DNA from: Candidatus Niyogibacteria bacterium
GTDB lineage: Bacteria; Patescibacteriota; Minisyncoccia; HO2-45-28
Length of the DNA: 64,000 nt
NCBI GenBank assembly: GCA_016432485.1
Contig: CP066691.1
Span: forward strand, 740,944-804,943
Reading direction: 5' to 3'
Positions 17,543-28,949 of this stretch are shown in pieces. The notes beneath the pieces are model-generated. The model was not told the DNA's origin. It was given only the letters and a program-made list of their open reading frames with translations, and did not search any database. Within the stretch, counting starts at the first letter, position 1. Every line of letters begins with the position of its first letter. Position numbers and translations under genes: made by a program.

Positions 17543-18613
17543 ATGACTGACGATTACAAAAAACGGTTTGAAGAACTCATAACACTGGCGGCTAAAGAAA
17601 AAGCGTCGGATTTGCATCTTTCGGTCGGCCGTCATCCGACTCTCAGAATTTCAGGAGAGCTTACGGCTTTGGTTAAGTATCCGGTACTGACCGCGGCCGA
17701 TACCGAGGGCATGATTTTTTCAATACTTACGTCGGAGGAAAAAAGCGAGTTTTTGAAACAAAAGACATTTGATTTTTCTTATGCCTACGAAGATAAGGCT
17801 CGTTTCAGAGTTAATATTTTTTTCCAGCGCGGATTTATTTCGGCCTCTTTCCGTCTGATTCCGGTTGAAGTTTTGGGACTTTCTGATTTGAATTTGCCTC
17901 CGATTCTCGCGGACTTCGCGCGTAAAGAACAGGGATTTTTTCTGGTTGTCGGCCCCACCGGACATGGGAAGTCCACGACCCTGGCCTCAATGATTGATAT
18001 TATAAATCGTGAAAGGGCCGAGCACATCATTACGGTTGAAGACCCGATAGAATATTTGTTCACCCAGGATAAATCAATAATAGACCAGCGCGAAATCGGG
18101 CGGGATGCTATGAATTTTGCTTCTGCTTTAAGGTCAATGTTCCGTGAAGATATCAATGTGGCCATGATTGGCGAGATGCGTGATCCGGAAACAATTTCTG
18201 CGGCCGTGACTGCCGCTGAAACCGGTCATCTGGTGCTTTCCTCGCTTCATACTAATAGCGCTTCGCAAACTATAGACCGCATTATAGACACATTCGCGCC
18301 CGGACAACAGAATCAGATACGCACGCAGTTGGCCGGTTCATTGCTGGGCATTTTTTCGCAAAGACTTGTTCCGCGGGTATCGGGCGGCCGCATTCCGGCT
18401 TACGAATTGCTGATTGCCAACACTCCGGTGCGAAATCTGATTCGCGAAAACAAAATACACGAAATAGATTTATACATAGAAACCAGTTCTGAAGCCGGAA
18501 TGATCTCTTTGAATCAATCGTTTATTGATTTGGTTCAAAAAGGCGAGGTGACTATGGAGACAGCCCGCGCTTATTCGTTAAACGCCCACGGTCTTGAAAA
18601 TTTAATGAGATGA
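17543..18613 (+). CDS. pilT: Pilus retraction ATPase PilT
   Basis: ASDLHL, GPTGHGKST, GEMRD, TGHLV, VRNLIRE. Confidence 0.93.
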   Translation: MTDDYKKRFEELITLAAKEKASDLHLSVGRHPTLRISGELTALVKYPVLTAADTEGMIFSILTSEEKSEFLKQKTFDFSYAYEDKARFRVNIFFQRGFISASFRLIPVEVLGLSDLNLPPILADFARKEQGFFLVVGPTGHGKSTTLASMIDIINRERAEHIITVEDPIEYLFTQDKSIIDQREIGRDAMNFASALRSMFREDINVAMIGEMRDPETISAAVTAAETGHLVLSSLHTNSASQTIDRIIDTFAPGQQNQIRTQLAGSLLGIFSQRLVPRVSGGRIPAYELLIANTPVRNLIRENKIHEIDLYIETSSEAGMISLNQSFIDLVQKGEVTMETARAYSLNAHGLENLMR

Positions 18614-19818
18614 TTTTTAATTATTCTGCAAAAACCGCGCAAGGCGAGGAGAAAACGGGGACGGTTGAAGCCGCGAGCCAGGATTTGGCCGTGTCGGCTC
18701 TTCAAAGGAGGGGGCTGATTATAGTTTCTCTGGAGTCGGCGGAGGAAGCCGTTTCTTTTTTTGGAAAATTTTTTTCTTTTTTTGAACGGGTCAAGGACCG
18801 CGATGTCGTCATATTTTCCAGGCAATTGGCCACTTTGTTTTCGGCAAAAGTGCCGGTTGTTGACGCGTTAAGGATTTTAATGAGTGAAGCGTCAAATGAA
18901 TCTTTCAAAAAAAAATTAAGCGCGATCGCCGACGATATTCAAGGCGGACTTCCGGTCTCTCAAGCACTGTCTCGGCATCCGGACATCTTTTCAAACTTTT
19001 ATATTCAGATGGCGCGTTCCGGGGAAGAATCCGGAAAACTTGATGACATTCTGAATTATCTCGCCGATTATCTTGAACGTTCTTACGACCTTACGTCAAA
19101 GGCCCGCAACGCTTTAATTTATCCGGCGTTCGTGCTCGGAGTTTTTTTGGTTGTGGTCGGCATAATGCTGGTTGTGGTCGTGCCAAAACTTTCTTCAATT
19201 ATTCTTGAAGTTGAGCAGAATGTTCCGATTTACACCAAATTTATAATTGGCCTTTCCGATTTTATTAGGACTTTCGGCGTTTTTTTTCTGGTTTTAGCGG
19301 CTTTGGGCGTGATTTTTGTCTGGCGCTGGCGCCTTACTCCTGCCGGCCGAAAGTCGGTGTCCAGACTTCAGTTATCCATACCGGTTTTTAAAAATATGTA
19401 TCGCCAGATTTATCTGGCGCGTTTTGCTGACAATTTTCAAACTCTTCTTTCGGGCGGCGTAAGCGTTGCCAGGTCCCTTGAAATATCCGCTGACGTGGTA
19501 GGCAACGAAGTTTATGCTGAAATAATACGAGAGGCCCGCGATTCCGTGAAAGGAGGAACGTCAATTTCCGCGGCTCTGGCGCGCTATGAAGACATTCCGC
19601 CGTTAGTCGCCCAAATGATTCGGGTTGGAGAAGAAACAGGAAAGCTGAATAAAATATTGGAAACTCTTTCGCGGTTTTACCGGCGCGAAGTTGATAACAC
19701 CCTTGAAAGGATGGTCAGTCTTATAGAGCCGGCGCTTATCGTTTTTCTCGGATTGGGAGTCGGCATTATTGTGGCGGCCATACTTGTTCCGATATACGGC
19801 ATATCTGCCGGAATATAA
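18610..19818 (+). CDS. pilC: Type IV pilus platform protein PilC/GspF
   Basis: Two GspF domains (GEESGKL, GEETGKL), ALIYP, LIEP. Confidence 0.93.
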   Translation: MIFNYSAKTAQGEEKTGTVEAASQDLAVSALQRRGLIIVSLESAEEAVSFFGKFFSFFERVKDRDVVIFSRQLATLFSAKVPVVDALRILMSEASNESFKKKLSAIADDIQGGLPVSQALSRHPDIFSNFYIQMARSGEESGKLDDILNYLADYLERSYDLTSKARNALIYPAFVLGVFLVVVGIMLVVVVPKLSSIILEVEQNVPIYTKFIIGLSDFIRTFGVFFLVLAALGVIFVWRWRLTPAGRKSVSRLQLSIPVFKNMYRQIYLARFADNFQTLLSGGVSVARSLEISADVVGNEVYAEIIREARDSVKGGTSISAALARYEDIPPLVAQMIRVGEETGKLNKILETLSRFYRREVDNTLERMVSLIEPALIVFLGLGVGIIVAAILVPIYGISAGI

Positions 19819-19923
19819 CGTTATACACATAAGGGGTTTGCTTATAAGTTAATAGAATTTATAATTAAATTATTGATATTTTAAGGTCGATTATTTACAG
19901 CTTTTATTTTTATTAAATTTTTT

Positions 19924-20436
19924 ATGTTTAAATTTTTGAAAAAGAAATGGTTTGGGGGCGGAAGAGGGGGATTCACTCTAATTGAGCTTCTGGTGGTTAT
20001 CGCCATAATCGGCGTTCTGGCTTCGGTTGTACTTGCTTCTTTGAATAGCGCTCGCAGAAAGTCGCGCGACGCCCGCCGCGTTGCCGATGTAAAGCAAATG
20101 CAATTGGCGCTTGAACTTTATTTTGACACTGAAGGCGAATATCCCGATGCGACCTCTAAACTCGCGCCCGATTACATTCCGGCAGTGCCTACGGACCCAG
20201 TGGGTCAAGTGGCTTATCCTTATAACGCCTATACTGCTACGACTATCAGCGCGGGCAATGATTGCGACGAGGCCACGGAGACTTGTCTTTATTACCACGT
20301 GGGAACCAATCTTGAAGAGAGTACCAATCCGGCCTTGCAAAGCGACCGCGATGTTGACGGCGATGTAGTTGACGGTCCGGACGCTGACGGTTGCGCCGAT
20401 GAAGCCAGCAGATATTGCTACGATGTAACGCCGTAA
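19924..20436 (+). CDS. Probable major type IV pilin
   Basis: GFTLIELLVVIAIIGVLAS; own upstream intergenic region and downstream terminator. Confidence 0.88.
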   Translation: MFKFLKKKWFGGGRGGFTLIELLVVIAIIGVLASVVLASLNSARRKSRDARRVADVKQMQLALELYFDTEGEYPDATSKLAPDYIPAVPTDPVGQVAYPYNAYTATTISAGNDCDEATETCLYYHVGTNLEESTNPALQSDRDVDGDVVDGPDADGCADEASRYCYDVTP

Positions 20437-20460
20437 ATTAGATTCCAGATTCTGGACAGG

Positions 20461-20486
20461 AAATCCCCCGCTTTATCGGGGGATTT
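20461..20486 (+). terminator. Terminator hairpin after the major pilin
   Basis: aaatcccccg-ctttat-cgggggattt. Confidence 0.65.
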
Positions 20487-20508
20487 CTGTTTGTGGTAAA
20501 ATTTATTA

Positions 20509-21315
20509 ATGGAGAATGCGTTTATTTTTATCCTGGGCCTTTTTTTCGGAAGTTTTGCCAATGTTTTAGTTTATCGCCTTAATACCGGTGAGCCGATAAT
20601 GTTTTCAAGGTCGCGGTGTTTTTCCTGCGGGCAAAATCTAAAATGGTTTGAGCTTATTCCGGTTTTTTCTTTCTTGTTTTTGAAAGGCCGGTGTCGGGTC
20701 TGCGGCTCAAAAATTTCCTGGCAGTATCCGCTCGTTGAGCTCGCAAGCGGATTTTTGTTTTTGATACTTTATGTTTATATTCCCAGTGGTCCAAGTCCGA
20801 CTTGGACCAGTTGGGCAATTGCGGCCTTATTTTTCTGGCTGCTTTTTGTTATTTCCGTCTATGACCTCCGCCATAAGATAATTCCCAATAATTTGGTTTA
20901 TTTATCAACGGCAGCCGTCGCATTGTTTTTGATAATTGGAAATTTAGATTTCATTGAAAATTGGAAATTGTTAATTGAACATTTTGCCGCGGGAATCGGC
21001 CTTTTTGCTTTCTTCGGCGGCCTGTGGTTTATCTCTCGCGGCCGCTGGATGGGTTTTGGGGATGCTAAAATGGCATTCGCCCTCGGATTATTTTTGGGCT
21101 GGCCCGAAACGCTCGCCGCTTTCTTTTTTTCTTTTTGGATTGGGGCCTTCTTTGGCCTTATTCTTGCCTTTTATAACTATAAGCTAAAAGCTAAAAGCTA
21201 TAAGCTGTTGAGCGGGACGCAAGTTCCTTTTGCTCCCTTTATTTTTTTGGGCGGGCTTGCCGCGTATTTATGGGCTGACGCGATTATATTTTGGTATTTG
21301 TCGTTACTCGGTTAG
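20509..21315 (+). CDS. pilD: Prepilin peptidase PilD
   Basis: RSRCFSC, GRCRVC, YD...IIP, MGFGDAK, VPFAPF. Confidence 0.93.
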   Translation: MENAFIFILGLFFGSFANVLVYRLNTGEPIMFSRSRCFSCGQNLKWFELIPVFSFLFLKGRCRVCGSKISWQYPLVELASGFLFLILYVYIPSGPSPTWTSWAIAALFFWLLFVISVYDLRHKIIPNNLVYLSTAAVALFLIIGNLDFIENWKLLIEHFAAGIGLFAFFGGLWFISRGRWMGFGDAKMAFALGLFLGWPETLAAFFFSFWIGAFFGLILAFYNYKLKAKSYKLLSGTQVPFAPFIFLGGLAAYLWADAIIFWYLSLLG

Positions 21316-21353
21316 AAATCGTCATTTTCAACCGAGTTTGATATAATAAATAA

Positions 21354-21911
21354 ATGAAAACGGGGTTTACCCTATTAGAACTCGTGGTAACCGTGGGTGT
21401 TGTCCTGATAATTTCGCTTTTGATTCTGGCCGATTTTCCAGAATTCACCAGGCGACTTGAACTTTCACGGACAGCGCAAGCGGTGGCGTCTTCTTTTCGT
21501 CAGGCCGAGTCCGCGGCGCTGGCGGTTCGCGAGTTTAGCGCGGAAGTTTTTCCGGCTTACGGCCTGCATTTTGAAAACTTGCCCGCGAAATCTTATGTTT
21601 TTTTCGCGGATATTGATCAGGATTATAAAACTTCGTCTCCGGATGGTTTTTACGACGGACCAAGTGAGGAAGTGGACACGTTTACTATCAATACTCCCGT
21701 TGAAATCTATAAAATATGCGGCGGCGAATCCGGTGAGGGCGCGGATTGTTCAATTACTCGCCTTGACGTGCTGTACGCCCGTCCAAATCCCGATATTTAC
21801 ATTATTACCGACAAAGGATCTTTTTTGAATGTTGAAATATTCGTTCGTTTAACAACCGGCGCGGAAAAGAAAATAGCAATTTGGACAACCGGACAATTAT
21901 CCATTGAATAA
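21354..21911 (+). CDS. Minor pilin (FimT/GspH-like)
   Basis: GFTLLEL; C-terminal 'WTTGQL'. Confidence 0.8.
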   Translation: MKTGFTLLELVVTVGVVLIISLLILADFPEFTRRLELSRTAQAVASSFRQAESAALAVREFSAEVFPAYGLHFENLPAKSYVFFADIDQDYKTSSPDGFYDGPSEEVDTFTINTPVEIYKICGGESGEGADCSITRLDVLYARPNPDIYIITDKGSFLNVEIFVRLTTGAEKKIAIWTTGQLSIE

Positions 21912-21913
21912 AT

Positions 21914-22438
21914 ATGTTGAAATTCTCAATCCTCAATTCTCAATCTTCAATTAAGCGCGGATTTACGCTACTCGAAACTTTAGTGGCCATAGCCGTATTG
22001 TCGCTGGCTCTTGCCGGAGTATTGTCACTTTCTTCAATCGGCATACGCTCGTCTTCCGGAGCCAGCAATCAAATTAAAGCTTTCTTTTTAGCAAGCGAAG
22101 GAGTGGAATACGTCAGGAATAAGCGCGATGCCAATATTCTTGCCGGTTCTAATTGGATAAGCGGTCTTAACGGCTGCGAAGGAGGCTGTTATGTTGATGT
22201 GTACGCGCCGGGTGGCATTGTTCACTGTTCCGGCGCTTGTCCGAAACTGAGATTTGATGCGTTTAGCAACCGTTTTGATTATGACCCGGACAGCCAAGAG
22301 ACGATCTTTACTCGCAAAATAATCATTGTTCCGATTAACTCGCAAGAAATCAGTCTTTCATCCGAAGTTTCTTGGGTCCAGGGAGGAATTACCCGCGGTT
22401 TTTCTTTGGAGGAACATCTTTTTGATTTGTCTTTTTAA
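21914..22438 (+). CDS. Minor pilin (PilV-like)
   Basis: GFTLLETLVA; 'AFFLASEGVEYVRNKRD'. Confidence 0.8.
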   Translation: MLKFSILNSQSSIKRGFTLLETLVAIAVLSLALAGVLSLSSIGIRSSSGASNQIKAFFLASEGVEYVRNKRDANILAGSNWISGLNGCEGGCYVDVYAPGGIVHCSGACPKLRFDAFSNRFDYDPDSQETIFTRKIIIVPINSQEISLSSEVSWVQGGITRGFSLEEHLFDLSF

Positions 22439-22460
22439 TTAACGCGATACGAATATACGA

Positions 22461-23009
22461 ATGCGCACGAACGATACGAATAAAAAAATAACGGGGTTTA
22501 CGTTATTGGAAATGGTGGTGGCTATCGGCGTTTTCTCCGTAGCGGTTTTGCTTGCTGTGTCTTCATTTTTGAGTTTGCAAAATGCTGAGAAAAAAATTCA
22601 ATCGTCGGTTAATCTGCAAAATAATTTGCGTTTCGCTTTGGAAATTATGGCCAAAGAAATTCGCACCGGCGAATTTTATCATTGCGGTTTGGGCGGCGGC
22701 GTTGATCCTGCGGATTGTCTGTCGGGTGAGTCATCTTTGACCTTTCAAAACGCCCTCGGGCAAACTGTTATATACAGAAATATTGATTCAAAGATTCAAA
22801 AATCATCCGATGGCGGCGTTGTCTTTCAGTCCCTTAGTTCGGGAGATATCACCGTTGACGATTTAAAGTTTTACGTTGTCGGTTCGCCATCAGGCGATAA
22901 TTTACAGCCGAGGGTTACTATAACCGTTAAAGCGTCCAAGCGGGTTGGCGCGAATGTCAGCGAATTTAGCTTACAAACATCCGTTTCTCAGAGAAAATTA
23001 GCGCCATGA
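22461..23009 (+). CDS. Minor pilin (PilW-like)
   Basis: GFTLLEM; 'LQTSVSQR'. Confidence 0.8.
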   Translation: MRTNDTNKKITGFTLLEMVVAIGVFSVAVLLAVSSFLSLQNAEKKIQSSVNLQNNLRFALEIMAKEIRTGEFYHCGLGGGVDPADCLSGESSLTFQNALGQTVIYRNIDSKIQKSSDGGVVFQSLSSGDITVDDLKFYVVGSPSGDNLQPRVTITVKASKRVGANVSEFSLQTSVSQRKLAP

Positions 23010-23452
23010 TGAAAAAGTTTTCAATCTCCAATCTTCGATTTTCAATTAACGGCGGGTTTACGCTGCTTCTCGCCGTTCTTTTTGTTTCGGCTTTTTTGGC
23101 TTTAAGTCTGGGTTTGTCCAATCTGATTATCGGCCAGATTCAGCTTTCCGGAACCGGCCGAGATTCGCAGAGCGCTTTTTTCGCCGCTGACTCCGGAGCC
23201 GAGTGCGCCGTTTATTGGGATAGGTCATCCGGCAGTTTTTCAACTTCAAGTCCTTCCACGATAACTTGCGCTGGAGAAAGTCGTCCGGTAGGAGGAGCGC
23301 CGACAAGCTCGTTTGATTTGAATTTTTCCAACGGTTCCTGCGTCAGCGTGGTTGTTGATAAATCATCTCCGTCCGAGACGATTATTACTTCAATAGGCCA
23401 TAGTCCCTGTAACGGGAGGAAAGTTGAAAGAGGGTTGGAGGTGCGTTATTGA
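23006..23452 (+). CDS. Minor pilin (PilX-like, no Glu5)
   Basis: GFTLLLA; 'SQSAFFAADSGAECA'. Confidence 0.78.
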   Translation: MMKKFSISNLRFSINGGFTLLLAVLFVSAFLALSLGLSNLIIGQIQLSGTGRDSQSAFFAADSGAECAVYWDRSSGSFSTSSPSTITCAGESRPVGGAPTSSFDLNFSNGSCVSVVVDKSSPSETIITSIGHSPCNGRKVERGLEVRY

Positions 23453-23479
23453 AAGACGCCGCAAAATTCATTTTTTCTT

Positions 23480-23702
23480 AACTCGCAAGATCCTCAAAGC
23501 GTCGCAAAATTGTTTTCTTATGACGGTGCTCCGGGTCTTGAAAATTATAGTCGTTTTGTTCGCGAAAAATAACGCTCCATCGTTCCTCCTTCGCTACGCT
23601 CAAGAATTTCCTACTCGCTATTTTTCGCTTCAAGACTCTTTAATTTTCAAAGTCCCTTCGCAAGCCAACGAAAATCAATTTTGCGACGCTTGAGGACGAG
23701 TT
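23480..23702. repeat. Long imperfect palindromic repeat, copy A
   Basis: About 190-nt core shared with 26010-26201; self-complementary ends. Confidence 0.9.
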
Positions 23703-23709
23703 TACTGTA

Positions 23710-23848
23710 GCGAATCCGGAAGATTTATTTTAGGGGCTCCGCAGGCGCTTTGCAGGGCGTCCCGCGGCTGCGGGACAAAGCGCCCAGGACTAGAGTTTGA
23801 ATTTCGCTGGAAATTCAAACGTACCCTAAAATGAATTTCCGGATTCGC
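23710..23848. other. Multibranch palindromic element
   Basis: Outer stem gcgaatccggaa...ttccggattcgc enclosing two inner hairpin arms. Confidence 0.7.
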
Positions 23849-23869
23849 AAAATAAGCCGGAAAAAATGA

Positions 23870-23950
23870 ATCCCGTTAGAAAGACATTAAATAATATTTC
23901 TAAATAAAAATATGTTAAAGAAAGTTGGACAAAGGGCTTTCTAACGGGAT
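23870..23950. repeat. MITE-like element with 14-bp terminal inverted repeats
   Basis: atcccgttagaaag ... ctttctaacgggat. Confidence 0.7.
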
Positions 23951-23978
23951 GAATTTTGCGGCGGTTATAGTAGAATAA

Positions 23979-26009
<2,031 letters not shown>

Positions 26010-26012
<3 letters not shown>

Positions 26013-26201
26013 CCACAAAACTAATTTTCTTATGACAGCGCTTCAAAACTTGAAAATTATAGTCGTTTTGTTCACGAAAAATAACGCTCCATCGTTCCTC
26101 CTTCGCTACGCTCAGGAATTTCCTACTCGCTATTTTTCGTTTCAAAACTCTTTAATTTTTAAAGTTTTTCCGCAAGCCAACGAAAATTAGTTTTGTGGTT
26201 A
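26010..26201. repeat. Long imperfect palindromic repeat, copy B
   Basis: Same orientation and core as 23480-23702, with compensatory changes. Confidence 0.9.
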
Positions 26202-26213
26202 AATATAGATAAA

Positions 26214-26438
26214 ATGATTTCTCCAAAAGATGTGAAAAAAGCGGCGGAACTCTCAAGATTGAAACTTTCCGCCAAAGAGGAAAAAGAATTAAGCCGAGAA
26301 CTTGAGTCAATTCTGGGTTACATAGATAAGCTTAAAGAAGTTAATGTTTCGGGCGTTGCCGAAACAAGCCATGTTTTTCATGTTAATGATTTCAGAGAGG
26401 ACATCCGGCCGAAAGAAATTTTTGATTCATCTACTTGA
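26214..26438 (+). CDS. gatC: GatC, C-terminally short (ATG 26214)
   Basis: 'VKKAAELSRL...LESILGYIDKLKEVNV...FRED'. Confidence 0.85.
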   Translation: MISPKDVKKAAELSRLKLSAKEEKELSRELESILGYIDKLKEVNVSGVAETSHVFHVNDFREDIRPKEIFDSST

Positions 26439-27880
26439 CAGTTTCCAAAGTCAAAAACCTTTTGCATAAAGGAGAAATTTCCTCTAGGGAACTGGTTACG
26501 ATTTATTCCGAAGAAATTAAATCAAAAAATAAAAATTTAAACGCGTATCTTGAGACCTTTAATGATGTTTTTGATGAAGCCGAAAAAATTGATGAACATT
26601 TAAAAAGAGGCGAGGAGCCGAGGGCGCTTGAGGGTATTCCGTTCGCGATTAAAGACAACATTTTAATTCAGGGCAAAATTTGCTCGGCGGCTTCCCGCAT
26701 GCTTGAAAATTACAGGGCTTCTTATGACGCTTTTGTCATTAAAAAACTGCGTAAGGCCGGCGCGATTTTTTTAGGCCGTACCAATATGGATGAATTTGCG
26801 ATGGGTTCATCCACCGAAAATTCGGCGTTCGGCGCGACTAAAAATCCTTATGACGAGACGCGCGTTCCCGGAGGTTCTTCGGGCGGTTCGGCCGCGGCGG
26901 TTAGCGCGAATATGGCTTTAGCCGCTCTGGGTTCGGACACCGGCGGCTCCATCAGACAGCCGGCGGGATTTTGCGGGGTCGTCGGACTTAAGCCGACTTA
27001 CGGCGCTGTTTCCCGCTCGGGACTTATCGCCATGGCTTCGTCTTTAGACCAAATCGGGCCGATTACGAAAACTGTTGAGGATGCGGAACTTATTTTTGAT
27101 ATTATCAAAGGCAAAGATCCTAAAGATTCAACTAGTGTTGAATCCAACATCCAACATCCTCCGACTTCATCGAGAGTCCTCGATAAGTTCGGGACAACAT
27201 CCAACATCCAAAAGTTGAAAATAGGAATACCGAAGGAGTTTTATAGTGGAGGGATTGATAAAGATGTTTTGGAGATTGTGAATCGTGCGGCCGAGACATT
27301 TCGGGGGCTCGGACACGAAGTTAAAGAGGTTTCCTTGCCCCATGCTCCTTACGCTCTGGCCGTTTATTACATCGTTGTTCCGGCGGAGGTTTCGGCGAAT
27401 ATGTCTCGTTTTGACGGCCTGCGTTACGGCCTTCATAAATCCGGAAAAAATTTACTTTCCGAATATATGGAAACGCGCTCGGCCGGTTTCGGCCCGGAAA
27501 CCAGGCGCAGGATAATTTTGGGAACCTATGTTTTATCGGCCGGATATTACGACGCTTATTACGCGCGCGCATCTAAAGTGCGCGCGCTCATTAAAAAGGA
27601 TTTTGAAAAAGTATTCGGCGATGTGGATGTTCTGCTAGCGCCCGCTTCTCCGAACCCCGCTTTTAAAATCGGAGAGAAAATCAATAATCCTCTTTCAATG
27701 TATCTTGAAGATATTTTTTTGGTGCCGGCCAATCTCGCCGGCCTTCCGGCAATGTCTTTACCTTTCGGCTCGGCTACCCGCGACGGTGTTAAATTGCCGG
27801 TCGGAATACAACTCATAGCGCCGTGGTTTGAAGAAAAGACCCTCTTTGAAGCCGGCCGTCTTCTTGAGGCGCATAAGTAA
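26435..27880 (+). CDS. gatA: Asp/Glu-tRNA amidotransferase subunit A
   Basis: IKDNI, GGSSGGS, GSDTGGSIRQPA, RFDGLRYG. Confidence 0.96.
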   Translation: MTVSKVKNLLHKGEISSRELVTIYSEEIKSKNKNLNAYLETFNDVFDEAEKIDEHLKRGEEPRALEGIPFAIKDNILIQGKICSAASRMLENYRASYDAFVIKKLRKAGAIFLGRTNMDEFAMGSSTENSAFGATKNPYDETRVPGGSSGGSAAAVSANMALAALGSDTGGSIRQPAGFCGVVGLKPTYGAVSRSGLIAMASSLDQIGPITKTVEDAELIFDIIKGKDPKDSTSVESNIQHPPTSSRVLDKFGTTSNIQKLKIGIPKEFYSGGIDKDVLEIVNRAAETFRGLGHEVKEVSLPHAPYALAVYYIVVPAEVSANMSRFDGLRYGLHKSGKNLLSEYMETRSAGFGPETRRRIILGTYVLSAGYYDAYYARASKVRALIKKDFEKVFGDVDVLLAPASPNPAFKIGEKINNPLSMYLEDIFLVPANLAGLPAMSLPFGSATRDGVKLPVGIQLIAPWFEEKTLFEAGRLLEAHK

Positions 27881-27894
27881 AAAATTTCACTATG

Positions 27895-27968
<74 letters not shown>

Positions 27969-28071
27969 ATATTATTTTACAACCCCCTTTGATTTTTGCA
28001 AATTTTAAGGGTAAAATATGAAAAGTCGCCTTGTCCATCGAAGCTCTGGTGGTAAACCAGAGCGAAGTTGG

Positions 28072-28143
28072 GCCAGCGTAGTTCAACGGTTAGAACGAGG
28101 GACTCATAAGCCTTAAATAGAGGTTCGACTCCTCTCGCTGGTA
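28072..28143 (+). tRNA. tRNA(CAT): elongator Met or Ile2
   Basis: GCCAGCG/CGCTGGT acceptor; loop CTCATAA; AGAGG-TTCGACT-CCTCT. Confidence 0.85.
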
Positions 28144-28146
28144 CTT

Positions 28147-28896
28147 ATGAAAATACTGAAAGTTAGAAATAAAAACGCGATGATGGAGCTTCTGCGAAGC
28201 GGCGCCAATTTTGATAAAATTTCAATAGTCAATGATCTGGAGCAGGATAATCTGACAAAAGAAATTATTACTCTCGCAAAGAGCAGGGGAATACGGATTG
28301 TGACGGCTCCCATCGGGAAAATGGCTAAAAGAAGAAGCGGGCAAACCAGAGAAGTTCTGGTCGGTTTTCTTGTGCCGGAAAATATCCGGACGCTCGGCGA
28401 TCTTCTAGACGAGATTTACAAAAAGAACCAAGACCCCTTTTTTCTTCTTGTTAACAGGGTTGATTTTGAGAGCAATATCGGGGTGATTGCCCGAACGGCT
28501 TTCGCGTCCGGCGTGAACGGTTTGATTTTTCAGGGAGACGAGGACAGATTTTTTAACGAGGAAACGACTCATTTTTCCATGGGCGCGATCGCGAGAATTC
28601 CGCTTATTAAAATGAACATTTTTGAAGCTTTGAAAGAACTGCGGAAAAATGGCATTAAAACATTCTGCGTTCAAACAGGGGGCGGGGCGTATTACGGCGA
28701 AAATTTTTTGGGGCCGGTCGCGTTTGTGCTGGGAGCGGAAGGAGAGGGCTTATCGGAAGGAGTTTCAAGCAGATGCGATAAAAAAATATCCATTCCCATG
28801 CGTAAGGGCATTGATTCTCTTAATGTCGGAGTTAGCGCCGGAATCGTGCTTTATGAGAAAGTGCGTCAAAATGGGGGCGCCATCTCGAATTTTTAG
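28147..28896 (+). CDS. TrmH/RlmB-family SPOUT RNA methyltransferase
   Basis: NIGVIART, VLGAEGEGL, SLNVGVSAGIVLYE. Confidence 0.92.
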   Translation: MKILKVRNKNAMMELLRSGANFDKISIVNDLEQDNLTKEIITLAKSRGIRIVTAPIGKMAKRRSGQTREVLVGFLVPENIRTLGDLLDEIYKKNQDPFFLLVNRVDFESNIGVIARTAFASGVNGLIFQGDEDRFFNEETTHFSMGAIARIPLIKMNIFEALKELRKNGIKTFCVQTGGGAYYGENFLGPVAFVLGAEGEGLSEGVSSRCDKKISIPMRKGIDSLNVGVSAGIVLYEKVRQNGGAISNF

Positions 28897-28949
28897 GCCC
28901 CGCGATTTTTTGACCTTTTTCTCGCCGGCTGAAATGGTATAATTAAAAA

